The translations under genes and the position numbers were made by a program. Below are positions 1 to 15,142 of a DNA stretch of 64,000 bases, one piece after another. The notes beneath the pieces are model-generated. The model was not told the origin of the DNA, searched no databases, and saw nothing but the letters and a program-made list of their open reading frames with translations. The DNA is from Eledone cirrhosa (Eukaryota). Positions within the stretch are counted from its first letter, which is position 1, and each line of letters opens with the position of its first letter. The DNA is taken from positions 301,568,001-301,632,000 of the forward strand of contig OZ024740.1 of the NCBI GenBank assembly GCA_964016885.1. Reading direction: 5' to 3'.

Positions 1-2265
1 ATTGGATAGCTTCTATTCCTAGGTTGTGGGGGATGTTGGAGTATAGGTTGACTACATCGAACGTCACTAGTAGGGTTTGTTCACAAAGGGGCATAATAGG
101 GAGGTGATTGAGCATATCTAGGTCGTCCCTTATATAGCTTTTGATGTGTTTGAGAAAAGGCTTGAGGAGGGTATCAATGAAGTTGCTAAGGCGGTGGGTT
201 TCGCAAGCGGGGCCTGCTATTATAGGTCTTAATTTGAGATCATTAGGTGAGGGGTCATTGATGACTATGTCTGTGGCTTCCTTGCATGCCTTACGTATTA
301 ATTCGCTTTTATGTACTATAGGGATACCGTAGAAAAGGCTGTATTTACTTGTGAAGTCTGTGATGAAGCTGAATTCCTTGTTAGTGAGTCCTTCTTCGTA
401 TTGGTTGATCAGAATTTTTAGGTTTCTCATAATTTTCTGTTGATTGTAGTGTTCAGCCTTTTCGTAGTATGTTTCGTTTTCCAAAGTTGAGACCGCTAAG
501 TTGATATAGAATTCTGTCTCCATCAGGACTACTGTACTCCCTTTATTAGCCTCTTTAATTGTAATAGTTCTGTCGGTTTTTAATCTATTTAATTCTTCCC
601 ATTCTTTCTTGTTAAGGTTTGGCTTGTGTTTTTGTCTGTGCAAGTGTTGGTAAGGGAAGTTTGTGATGTGTTCACAGAATTCGTCTAGGATTTTATTTCT
701 ACCTTTTGGTGGGGTGTAGTTGCTTCTATTTCTGGCTAATTATTCATCCTCATTGTACTGGTTGAATAGTTCTTCACTGAGTTGTAACTTTCTAAAGAAG
801 TCTGTGATGTCTTCATTCATTTCATAGTAGTTAGGACGTAGGAGGCTCGGTGTGAATTTAAGACCTTTGGAGAGTAAGTTGATAAGGTTGGGAGTTGGTT
901 CTGCACTAGTTAGATTGATAATGTGTATTACTCTCGGTTTCTCCTCCCTGTCTTGTGTTATTTTGTTTGCCTGTATCTGTGTGCTGTGTGTAAAAAATGG
1001 TTGGGGTAGAGGGGGTTGTCTGCTGATGTTAAGTGGTCTCCTGTGTTTGTTATATTCCTTGTTGTTGTAAAATGTGGTTCGGGTTCGTGGTTGTGGATTG
1101 AATGGGGTGTTCCTGTATTGCGAGTATGGATGTGTGTTTCTATGTGCCATGTTGGATTGTGGTGTTATAGGTGGCCTACGTTGTTTGTTGTATCGTGTGG
1201 TGTGGGTTGTTTTGTAGTGTGGAAGCGAGAGTTGAGAAAATGGAAATGACCTTGCTGTCCCCTTGTAGCGGGGAAGTTGTTACATCTATCATGGAGGTTG
1301 TATATTTTCCCTATGTTTGACGATGAGGCATCCGCGTAGTAGTTGAGTGATTTGGTATGGTGTCTCCTTGAAGGGGGAAGTTGTAAATGTCATTATGGGG
1401 GTGATGATTTCTAGGGTGTTTGTTCCTTCTTATGGAAGCGAGGTTGGGAAGTTCATCTTCGGTGTGGTGCTTCCTTCTTCTGTTGTTAGTGGCTGGAGGT
1501 TTGCGAAGTTGTTGTGCGGTTCAGTTATGGGTTTTTCTATTTTTATGAACGGGTTATTGGAGGTGTAATCCGTTTGAAAAGTCGATTCATAGTTTAGGAA
1601 CCAAGCGGCACTTTTTTCCCAGCGTTGAAGGGATTTCAGTTCTTCTCTGTTGGAGTCCCGTTTCCATAATTCAGAGATCTTCTCTACCTTGGGGCCTTCA
1701 GTCTTATTGTTGATTTTCAGGAGGATCGCTTCATCGATGGTTTTGATTTTTTCCTCAATTGTCCGGGCCCTCAATTTAAGAAGTACAATTTCTGTCTTCA
1801 TTTTTTCCAATGACATTCTTTCTCTAAGGTGTCTTTGAGGTTCAGGTTCATTTGGAATGGACTTTATTTGTATTTTACGGGGCATAGTTAGAAGGGTTGT
1901 GCTAAGCCCTTTTTCTCACATCTCCGGTTTGTTGTGATTTTGTATCATCTTCCAGAATGAGAACTTTCTGTCTCTGAGGGATTTGTTCCATTTTGGGATT
2001 GTTCGAATTTCATTTTGTATGAATCAATCTCATATGGTTCTTAATTGGTTTCTTCTGGGTTGGTAGTAGTGAACATAGTTTGGATAGTATCGCAAAGGTT
2101 TTGAAGTTTATTGCCGATTTCAGAGGATTTGTATCCGGTGACGCTTTCCTCATTTGTGGAGTCAAGTTTGTCGACTAGCACAGATAGGTTGGTGTTAATT
2201 TTCTTGAGTTCCTGTAGAATCTCTTCATTTGTGTTGATAAGAGTTGTATCTGATTTTGTTGGCAT
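1..2265 (-). pseudogene. Disrupted PLE polyprotein (coiled-coil-like N-terminal region plus RT N-terminus)
   Basis: ORF fragments 2041-2319, 1430-1885 and 740-1150, plus RT motifs in 1-740, are broken by stops and frameshifts. Confidence 0.85.
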
Positions 2266-3073
2266 TTTCTGTATCTCGTGTGGGGATATGATATTTAAAA
2301 AAATAGAGGTGTAACACACGAGTTGTGATATATTAGTAAAAGGAAGATAAATTATTCCCAGTGAAAAATAGTTTAATTAGGAATAAGTAAAAATTAGTAA
2401 TAAGTATTGGTTAGTATTCTGTTTTAGTTTTAAGTTTTTACCAGTTGCGCATTTCTAAAAACACGATGACATACGTAAACACACATGCTCTATGGTGCAA
2501 CACAAATATGCACACATTTGCATACCTTTTGATGTTCATAGATATAAACGTGGCGACACACACACATCATATACGCACACATGCATTACACACTGATTGG
2601 CACATACATATTTGTACACAAGTATTCCCATAAGACAGGGCCTAATGGATTCCCCTTGCTGTACGTAGAATATCGACACTCACACACACCTAGTGTTATG
2701 ACAATACTATACATCATTTCACCCGTTTTATTATTAATGTTTTTGATGTTCTCTTCAGAGAATCGTTTTTGCAAATTACTGAAAATATCGAATAATGTAC
2801 ACCATTTTTACCAGTATCACATAAATACTGGTCCAGCCGCACACACACACACACGCACACACATACACTCATATACACACACTCATATACACACACACAT
2901 ACACACGCGTACACTAACATACAAACATACACACACACACACACACACGCACTTCTCTGTATAAGACATGAGATGAAATATCTTTCAACATGTTAAAATA
3001 TCCCCCACACACGTACACACACATTTCTACTGACCGAATGTATTCCCTCAACCACGAACCACTCTGCTAGACA

Positions 3074-3124
<51 letters not shown>

Positions 3125-3544
3125 TTGTCTTAATAGACACCTGAACTGTTGACCTTTCAACATGACTGCAATTCACACACACATCCCTACTGTCCATTAT
3201 CACAACAATGAACCTCTTTACTACTACTACACACACACACACATATTTATCTAAATAAACTTATTTTTCAGTGACTTCTCAATCAGGCGAGAAAGAACAC
3301 TCTTAAACAAACCTACAGTTGGCGCAAAATCAATTTTTAACATGCACGTGACCTCTACTGACCAATGAAAATTGTTTTGACTACAAGAATTTTTGCAACA
3401 CGAATTGGCGCGAAATTTATAGTACTCATTCAACAACCAACCAAATCTTAATACCTCTGGAGCCACTTTTTTCACATAAAACAGGAAGAATTTCCAAAAC
3501 TGATCAGATTAGAGCAAACATCACGAGCGCTCTATCTCAAAATT

Positions 3545-3582
3545 ATTTTTGAAAAGCATTAGAAATGCGCAACCGGTAAAAA
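3545..3582 (+). ncRNA. Variant minimal hammerhead motif in pLTR (U3-A8 core, GCAA instead of GAAA)
   Basis: TTTT-TTGAAAA-GCATT-aga-AATGC-GCAA-CCG-GTA-AAAA, with a palindromic ACCGGT stem III. The same motif is at 18920-18953 (-) and 19015-19050 (+). Confidence 0.6.
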
Positions 3583-3732
3583 CTTTAAAGTAAAATTGAA
3601 TACTAGCCAATACTTATTACGAATTTATACTTATTCCTAATTAAACTATTTTTCACTAGGAAAAATGTGTCAGCATTTTCTTTTCCTTTTACTAATATAT
3701 CACAACTCGTGTGTTACACCTCTATTTTTTTA

Positions 3733-3929
<197 letters not shown>

Positions 3930-6682
3930 ACTGAAATTCATATGCATGTAGACTATCATCCATCTGCATTAAATTCACTACAGACATTAAAGAAGTTTAT
4001 GTATCAGTGTTAAAAGATAGGTTTGCTTATAAATATAACATGTATTACATACAATAATCATTTAAATTTGCCTCTGTCACTTCCGAGCAGTATCGCCATT
4101 ATATTTTCATATGATTTCTATTGAAATATAAACGTCATTTCAATTATGATACACGTTTATACCTAAAAATTCATATTAAAATGGACAATATTATAATTTC
4201 TGAATTTGCCTGATCATTGCTCTTTTTTATTTTCTGCGTATGATGTCTCGTAGCCATTCCACATTAATCCTATCTACACCCATCTGTAGATTCATATCAA
4301 ATTCGACTGCAATGCCCTGGGACGAACGATGTAAACTAGGATAAGTTTGCAAATGTGTTACAGTTATATTAGATAATTCCAAAAACTTTTATATTGAAAT
4401 AATATTTACGTCTTCAAAACCTATATTGAAACACCTACTAGAAAACAGTTTAAAATATACGTAATTATTCCCTCTGCACTACGGCTAGAACTAAATTGAA
4501 AGTGTTCAAACGAGTATAAGGCAACTAACTCAGAAAGATAAAAATAACGATAATTTGTCAGAATGAATGAACACCTTGACTTTTAGAACTTCGTAAAACA
4601 CATTAGTTGATAAAAGGTGAAATTTGTATCATGGCATATACGTAGTCCTTGCTAATGGCTGACAGCATGTGGAACATCGCCAGAGTATTTTGTACCACTT
4701 CCAAATCTATCGGATCATATTTTGTCTCCTCAGCCAATTTATAAAAATATACGAGGAAATAAAATTCATGAAGAATAATGATATCAGGAAATAATAAACC
4801 ACTTCTACTTCTACTAAAATGCATATTTCATTTTGGAAAGGAAAATGGAAACTAACTTAAATGAGAAAACTTATAAATGGGAGGAAATACAATCCATGAT
4901 ACATCGAGGCATTAACAATAAAATGAGGAGTGGAAATATATTCGTAGATGACGTTATCGGAACTACTACATAACCATATAAAAAAACATAAAAGACGCTC
5001 AATAGACAGATTATTCACGGATATTATCAACAGTTTTCGTAGTCTTGACCAAAAATAAATATATTGACAATTATAAGGGCCCTAGTTTTAAACAATAGCT
5101 TATATATTATTACATTTACGTAAATCTAAAACTAAGCAGCAGAATCATGCAGGTATCTGAATGAATGCTCACTAAATAAGTTCAATACCGTAGATGTCAG
5201 AAATCATGTAGCGCACGTTAGTCTTCCTAAACCAAAGGGCAAAATGAAATGTAAAGTACACATATTTACAGGTGGAGTTTATATACCCAAACTTTTCTCA
5301 CATATACGGTAGATTGGAAAGGAAATGTTGAGAGATTAGTTTACTGCATTTAGCAATTACAATCGAACCTATAAAGAAATAGAAGGACATTTACTGATAG
5401 TCTTTATTTTATGTTTATTAATTGTTTATAGTTGAATTATTGAAGGCTTCACCTTTCTCAACGTAAGGATATATTGAGTGTTAAATAAGTTTGCTCTTTT
5501 CACGAATGTGTAGAGAAATACAGTTATACTGTGCTTGAAAGAAACAGATTGAATGTTTTCTTTCACTTTCTACATTGCAGACCATGTTCATATATTTGCT
5601 TTATTTTCCTTTAAACTCTGGTGTAGCTTTCACAACGACTTACTTCTTTAATTATGTAAATAAAAAAAAACATATCTACCACACACGATATGAGTATTTA
5701 TACAAAATAGAAATACCAAACATCTTCAATATAGAATTATATAAATGATGTCCGCGATACATTTCATGAGTATTTGAAATAACGATCTAAACCTGAACGA
5801 ATGTCACCGCATGAATACTATCTCTATGTCAAACAATTAAATACATGTTATTAGTTATCATACATACCGTAACCATTGCATTTCATATATGCTTTTCTCG
5901 TGTTAACTATCACTTCATTGATTTGGATTCCATAAACTTTTAAACCTGACCGATAGAATAAATATATTTACCAATCAGACGCAGAAATGACTGTAACGAA
6001 AGCCTCCAACCCCAAATACAGTTTTGTAAACACTTTGCAAATGAACAGTGCTCATCGAAATGATATTGCCATTCTTTATGTTTTTCTTGGCTATTTAACG
6101 AATCGTTGCTTTTCCTTCACTTTTATAATGTATATAATTACTGCAACACATACTCACCATCAGGATTTGGAAGGTGTTTTTATTTATTTATTTCTTTGGT
6201 TTGATTCGTATGGATGTCTATAGAGGACATCATGAATAGGAATATAAACAGCATTTGATTAATTTTGCGTATTTTCGCGGCACGGAGAACATGTATATTT
6301 GCATGAGCTCAAATATTAGGAAATATATGAATATTCAAAAAGAAAATGTGGAATTTACATCGTATTTCATGTAGCATTCAACATGATTTCACCCCCATAC
6401 ATATATATACACACACACACACATGTTTATTAGGCACCAGGCAGTCGTCATTTTACGTCTGTAAGTATAGATTTAATATTTAATATTCTCTAGATCGATA
6501 CAGACGGACTATATGTACTTGAATTAAGGTATTTCTATCTGGCTAAAAAATGATTGTCATTTTGCAAAAAAAAAAAAACACAGTAGTGTTGATCATATAT
6601 TTTTTTAGAATTATAATGTAATGCTCAGAAGTATTTTCTTAGAGCTTAATATTTGTAACTGACTACTAAACCGAAATTATAT

Positions 6683-6745
<63 letters not shown>

Positions 6746-6747
<2 letters not shown>

Positions 6748-9455
6748 GAAATATTGAACGGGAACAAAACAGAGAGGCAGTACAAAAAAATGTTTATTAA
6801 TTTCACGCCCTTGAGAGTGGGGTGGTGGTGGGGAACGACGTTTCGGGCATAACCCCTTCTTCAGGTGAAAAGTGTGTGGGAAGAGAGTTCAAAGGGTGTG
6901 TAGGGGAGTGGTGGAGAGACATATAGCAAAAAGGGGGTGAGAGGAAACGGTGAAAATGAAATTAAAAATAAAGGCATGATCAAAATAAAATTAAAATGGG
7001 GTAAAACAGGTGGTGGAAGGATGAGGGGGCATGTAGGGGTGGTGGCGGATGGAGTGGAGAGAGGGAGACGGGGTGTCCGAGCGGGGACGGCTGAAAGTGG
7101 TGTGAGTGTGTAGGTGTACGTGTGTGTGTGTGTATGTGAAAGCAAGGGTTGGGGGAAGAACGGGGTTGCATGTTCAGGAAGAGGTGTGTGTGGGGAGGGG
7201 TGTAGGTCGGAGTGTGTGTGCGTGTGTGGATAGAGGGGTGGGGGGGAGAAGATTCTGGAGGCTGAATGTGTAAATATGTGGTGGTACGCGCGTGTGTGTG
7301 TGGTGTTTAAGCGTGTTGTGGATGTAGGTGGCGTGTGGGAAACATGTTTTTGTGTGTGTGTGGGGCGTGAGTCAGAAGGTACTTCCGTAAAAAGATGTGG
7401 TGGAATGCTTAGTAAAATCCTGGGATGTGGTTGATTCTCGGGATTAAGGTTCACATACGTGTAATCTGTGAAGAGATTGGTCGGAAGAGGGTAGATGTGG
7501 GGTGCGCGCGCAACAGGAAGTGGTCAGAGGGTCAAGTCAGGAGGAGTGTTGTGTGTCAGTGTGTGCGGGGAGGTGGTCAGAGGGTACAGCATCAGTAGGG
7601 TAGAATGGTAATTGAAGGTGTGTCAGTGTGTGCGGTGGAAAGGGGAGAAGATGGGTAGGTGTGAAAGTTGGAGTGTAGAGGGGGTGTGTGTGTATATTAG
7701 TAGAGGTGTTAGTGGGAAGAGTGAGTGTGGAGCGAGGGTGTGGGTGGAGCGGGGAGAGAAGGGTGTGTGGAACGATGGAGGGAGTGTAGTGTACTGGTGT
7801 GTGTGTGTGGTGAAGGGGGTGCTAGTGGGTGTTAGTATACAGGAGGTGGAGAAAGGGTTGAATGCGGGTGTGAGTGGGGGTCAGTGGTGGTAGGGTGTGT
7901 AGAGTGGGTGGTGTAAGAGGGTGTGTGTGTACGTGTGTGTAGGGTTGGGGGTGTTAGTGATGTTAGTTGCGTGTAAGGTGGTTGGTGTAAGTGGGTGTGT
8001 GTGTTCGTGTGCTTGGGTTCAGGGCGTGTTAGTGATGTTAGTTGCGGGGTGGTGGGGTGGATATGTGGGGGTGAGGGTTAGTGGTGGTAGTAGGGTGTGT
8101 GTTTAGTGTGAGCGCGTGTATATATGTGCCGGTGGGTGTGTGCGTGTGATAAGGAGGGGGAGGAGAAGAAGGGAGGCATGTTAGTATGTCAGTTGGGGAA
8201 GGGTGGTCGGATGTGGGGTGGAGGTGTTAGTATTGTTAATTGTGGGGTGAGCGGTGAAAAGGAGGGGTGTGTTAGTGGTGTTAGTGAGGGATATATGTGG
8301 AGGGAGGGGGCGGTCGAAGGCTAAAGGAATAAGGGTGGGGAGTTCAGGCCGGGGGTGTGTGGGTCTGTAAGATGAATATGGTTCGTTGTTCGACTCTAAG
8401 GAGATTGGCGGGTGTTCTGTGGCATTGGAGCAGGCCACAGACTGTGAGATGGTGTGCGGAATGTCCAGGGGCACCAAAGTGGCGGGCGATGGGGGAACTA
8501 CCACCGAGACGAATATCCCGGAGGTGCTCAGTAAATCTGTCAGCCAGTCGACGTCCAGTCTGTCCAACGTAAGTCGCGCTGCACACCGTGCAGAGAAGTC
8601 CGTAGACTAGGATGCAGGAGGTGCAGCGGAAGGCATGCCGGACAGAGAGAGAGTGGCCGTTGTGATCCTGGAAGGTGGTGGGGTTGGTGATGTGGGGACA
8701 GGTGTTGCAGCGGGGCCTAGAACGGGGAAAGGAACCGGGGGGGTAGGGAGCTGTGGACGAGGAGGGTGCGGAGATTGCGTGCGCGTTTGAAGGAGTGGAG
8801 TGGTGGGGCTGGGAATATGTGGGAGGTGGAGGGGTCGAACTGGAGGCGTCGGAAGAGGCGGAGGATGGTGCGGTGGAGGGGTATGGTGGAGGGATGGTAG
8901 GTGATGGGGAAGGGGAGACGGTGGGTGAATGTGCGGTGGCGTGGGGTGAGGGTGGTGGAGCGGTGGACATCACGGGCGCGGGTGAGAGCGGTGTGGACAA
9001 GAGAGGGGGGGTAACCTCTGCGGATCAAATGGCCTGGGACTCAAAGTCGGCATCTCGGCTACAGAGGCGGTGGATCCTGAGGAGTTGGGAGTAGGGAATA
9101 GAGTGTTTAGTGTGTGTGTGGTGGGAAGAGGTGAAGTCGAGGTAAGAGTGGGAGTCGGTGGGTTTGAAGAAGGCGGAGGTGACGAGGGAGTGGTGGGAGG
9201 GGTCAAAGTTGACGGAGATGTCTAAGAAGTGGACGTGGGTGGTGGAGATAGACGTGGTAAAATGGAGGAAGGGGTGGAAGGAGCAGAAGAAGGAGAGAAA
9301 GGAGTCGAGCTGTTCCAGGGTGAGGGTCGTGGCTCCGATACAGTCGTCGATGTAACGACCGTACAGTTCGGGCGTGGGGCCGGTGTACTGGGAAAAGATT
9401 TGGGCCTCAACATGGCCAACAAAAAGGTTGGTATAGTTTGGGCCCATTCTTGAAT
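6746..9455 (-). mobile_element. 5'-truncated Penelope-like element (Neptune-like, GC-rich family) with long CA/CT-rich 3' UTR
   Basis: ORFs 9025-9507 (MGPNYTNLFVG...YGRYIDD...HFLD...KPTDSHSYLDFTSSH), 8717-9028 (RGYP...) and 8344-9000 (RCNTCPHI...FRCTSCILVYGLLCTVCSATYVGQTGRRLADRFTEH = Cys linker plus GIY-YIG). It is frameshifted and its 3' end abuts (TA)n. Confidence 0.92.
6801..6870 (-). ncRNA. Minimal hammerhead motif at the 3' end of the PLE
   Basis: Minus strand reads TTTCAC-CTGAAGA-AGGGG-ttat-GCCC-GAAA-C-GTC. GTGAAA about 30 nt downstream can pair with TTTCAC. Confidence 0.7.
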
Positions 9456-9570
9456 GAAGGAAGTGTGGTAAGGAAGCAGATGGACCATAACACAGCAGAG
9501 TACTCAATACTTAGGGTAGTAGAGTAGGTAATAGGAAAATGTTTAACCCCGACGGCAGATCTCAGGCCGC

Positions 9571-9620
9571 TTCGACGGCTATTTCTGGACTTCAGAAATA
9601 GTCCAGAAATAGCCGTCGAA
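9571..9620. repeat. Perfect 21-bp hairpin
   Basis: TTCGACGGCTATTTCTGGACT-8 nt-AGTCCAGAAATAGCCGTCGAA. Confidence 0.9.
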
Positions 9621-9942
9621 ATATATATAGTTTACTGAAAATATCGTACACTTAACATTCATGGATGACATTCGGTTTCGTATCCAGTTATGACCATCAC
9701 TGTATACTAGAGTAGCCATTTCAGAACTGGCCTCCCAATGGGTTCCAGTTTTGAAACTGATATTAGACTGGACATTGGTGGTTTGAAATGTAGTATGGAA
9801 CCTGAGTTTCCGTATATATCCAAATTGTATCGCATTTTAAATATAGTAAATACGCCGTCGTGCATCAAGCGTAAAACTAATAAGATTTGTAACATTTACT
9901 TCTGCATTTGTCTTTATTTCATTTTTGTTTTCTGATATTCCG

Positions 9943-11130
<1,188 letters not shown>

Positions 11131-11139
11131 TTTTATCCT

Positions 11140-11358
<219 letters not shown>

Positions 11359-11658
11359 CTATATAAATATATAAAAGCTAGCATGAAAGTACCTGTTTCG
11401 TCATAGCCGCCGTGTGTGTGTGATATCACAGGAAATAAAAAAAATCAGTAATAAAAAGATGTAAAGTATAGTACAAAGTAATTGCTACTCCTACCTCTAA
11501 ATCGGCAGTAGCAACAATAACAAGAGCAACAACAACAATTACAGCGTCTATCACATACAGACGGCGGCTATCACGAAACAGGTACTTTCATGCTAGCTTT
11601 TATATATTTATATAGATATGTATATATATGTATATATATATATATGTATATATATATG

Positions 11659-11689
<31 letters not shown>

Positions 11690-11709
11690 TTGTTATATAT
11701 ATATATATA

Positions 11710-12525
11710 TTTTGTTACTTACCCAGTTTCATACTTGGGCATGCAAACAGGTTTATATGCGCGAGTATAAGTATGTGTGTGTGTATGTACGTATCGAACG
11801 TATGGAAGTGTAAGCGCGCGTGTGTATATAAGCATAATTATTTTTACATTTCTTTTGTGAGACACGCGTGTCTGTGTATGTATGTACCCCCGCCTTTTTT
11901 GTTTTCTTTAATTGTTTCTTTCTATCTTGTCTTTCTAATTTATCGTTACTATATTTTTATAAATATATCGTAATAGATACTTTTCTTTTATTTATTATAC
12001 TCTCTTCATCTCCTTTCTTTCCGCATCTAAATGTACGAGTGTCCAGGCGTTTTTATCCGCGCGACTTTATTTTCTTATTTTTACGAAGTAACCATTTCCG
12101 TCTGCATAATACAGACATATAGATACATTTGCCCTAAATTTTATAATTACGCACACTTTCTAACCATACATTTACACGTGCACATATACATATATGCACA
12201 TCTATGAGCGTATATACATACACATACACACACCTAACTATTTTTCTTGATAGATTTTTATATATTTCAATTTCTATTTCATTTATCTATATATTTTTTT
12301 TGATTTTCTTGATGTGTTTTTCTAAGTATTTGCCCATGTTATATATTGCCTCGTCTGACGAACGAATGAAGTCATTTATTTCGTATTCGCCTCATTCGGG
12401 AAACCTCTGGTAATGAGGTAATAATATTGTATTGATTTTATACATTAAATTTTGCTCTGATACTGACATAGAGCACTCTTCATTTCTATGACCTTTTCTG
12501 TTTCTAACTGAAATTTCAATACTTA
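11710..12525 (+). mobile_element. PLE pLTR/3' UTR-like non-coding insert with HHR
   Basis: TA-flanked, with microsatellite-rich UTR-like sequence and an HHR at 12349-12418. Confidence 0.65.
12349..12418 (+). ncRNA. Type I hammerhead ribozyme
   Basis: Stem I CCTCGT/ATGAGG, core CTGACGA, stem II CGAATGA/TCATTCG, GAAA, stem III ACC-tct-GGT, GUA cleavage triplet. Confidence 0.8.
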
Positions 12526-12597
<72 letters not shown>

Positions 12598-12608
12598 TAT
12601 ATATATAC

Positions 12609-12643
<35 letters not shown>

Positions 12644-12683
12644 CATATATTTGTATATATATACATATATATACATATATATG

Positions 12684-12776
<93 letters not shown>

Positions 12777-13527
12777 GTATATAAATATATAAAAGCTAGC
12801 ATGAAAGTACCTGTTTCGTCATAGCCGCCGTGTGTGTGTGATAGACGCTGTAATTGTTGTTGTTGCTCTTGTTATTGTTGCTACTGCCGATTTAGAGGTA
12901 GGAGTATCAATTACTTTGTACTATACTTTACATCTTTTTATTACTAATTTTTTTTTATTTCCTGATTTTCCATGATTTTCCTGATTTTCTACACCTCTCT
13001 TCTTCTGCCTTCGGTTCTATTCATTTATACATTTTTTCTTGACTTTAAATGTAAATTCATAGGTATTTATTGAACTACTTCTCCTTCTTTACATTAAGCA
13101 ATTAACAGGTTATCTAAAGGGATCTCTTAACATTAATGCGATATGATATCACGTAGATTTGAACCAATTTGCCTATCAAAATATCACCGTAGATGTAGAC
13201 CCTCCCCAAATCAAATATATTCTTCATTCTCTGTTTGTGTTTGCGTTAATACTGTTATCGATTAATTAATGTTACGATTCATAAATGATGAAATGCACTG
13301 TCATGCATCATCATCTGATGCTGTAACTAAGGCATTAATATACGTATTGTGTATTTGCAAAATTAAAATTTTAAATACATATTTATCTACATTCCTACAC
13401 TAGGCATGGGATACCACAACTACGATGGTTGATGTGTGTAACGTCTAATGCTTTAATTAATTACGTAAAAGTATTCTAACCTGAATGACCAGTTATACTC
13501 ATTGGTAAGGCAGACAACATAAATGGC

Positions 13528-13578
<51 letters not shown>

Positions 13579-13581
<3 letters not shown>

Positions 13582-14138
13582 TATTTTGCAATACACTGTA
13601 TGCTTAATTAAAAGCATTTTGAAGACCTTACGCTATTGCTTTAAATAAGCAAAAATAAAAAATTAGAATTGGTGCTCTGAAATAGCGAAATATATGTTTG
13701 CTGAAAAACAATAGCGTAAGGTCTTCAAAATACTTTTAATTAACCATACAGTGTATTGCAAAATACACTATATATACAGTCATATACATATCGCTATTTC
13801 AGAGCACCAATTAGAACTTTCAATTTTTGCTGGAGCGGCAACCGCTCTGTATAATCAGTTCCTGATTATTACTGGAATTCTATAAGAATCCAACATTCAT
13901 AATTTTCAGCAAGCAAAGGGAGTACTATGCTCTGAGGAGTAAGAACAGTACGAAACAGGGATCTGTCAGCTTGTCTCCATTTGTTTGCTGAAAAAAGAAG
14001 TAAGTGACATAGTCAGTACTTTAAAACATTAGCGAAAGGTCTTCAAAATGATTTTAATTAAGTATACAGTGTATTGCAAAATACACTATATATACATTCA
14101 TATATATATATCGCTATTTCAGGGGCTCCAACTCTAAT
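13579..14138 (+). mobile_element. Retrozyme-like repeat, copy 1 (318-bp period, ~1.4 units plus a short inverted 5' fragment)
   Basis: GTCTTCAAAA recurs at 13721 and 14039. The copy is homologous to 35157-36244, carries an HHR at 13929-13970 and is (TA)n flanked. Confidence 0.85.
13929..13970 (+). ncRNA. Canonical type I hammerhead ribozyme
   Basis: GCT-CTGAGGA-GTA-agaacag-TAC-GAAA-CAG-ggat-CTG-TC^AGC. Cleavage is predicted after 13967. Confidence 0.9.
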
Positions 14139-14144
14139 ATATAT

Positions 14145-14223
<79 letters not shown>

Positions 14224-14724
14224 TGTATGTATACGTACATACATATATGTATACATACGTAGAATAGTTTGCATATTTATACATACATGCACATATATAT
14301 ATATATATGTACGTATGGTTGAGCGAACATTTATTATAATGTTCGGTTTGTTTGTAAACAAACAGCCCGAATTAAACCGTACAGTGTTTAGCAACGATCG
14401 TTGCCCTTTTGTTCAACACTGACAAAGGAACGATGAACTAGTTTCAAGCTTATTAGCTATCGTCAGCATCGTATACCTTCCTGTCAGATGATAGAACGTT
14501 TGAAAGTGTATACTGTGCTTATGCATATTAACGGCTGAGAAGCCTAATTTGCATATCGAGTGAGTTAGTCGGCCGGACGTACCGAAAACGATAAATGGAA
14601 AAGAATTAAACGAAATTTCATTTCTCACTCTTAGTACGGCTGATACTTAAATATAAGTATGTACACGTACATACATATATGTATACAGACGTACAGTAGT
14701 ATGCATATATATAAATACATAGTG

Positions 14725-15142
<418 letters not shown>

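Noticed and set aside
4603-4824. 73-aa minus-strand ORF
   Set aside because: No recognisable motif or convincing splice signals.
6861-8324. Pro/His/Thr- and Gly/Val-rich ORFs
   Set aside because: They lie in the low-complexity 3' UTR of the PLE.
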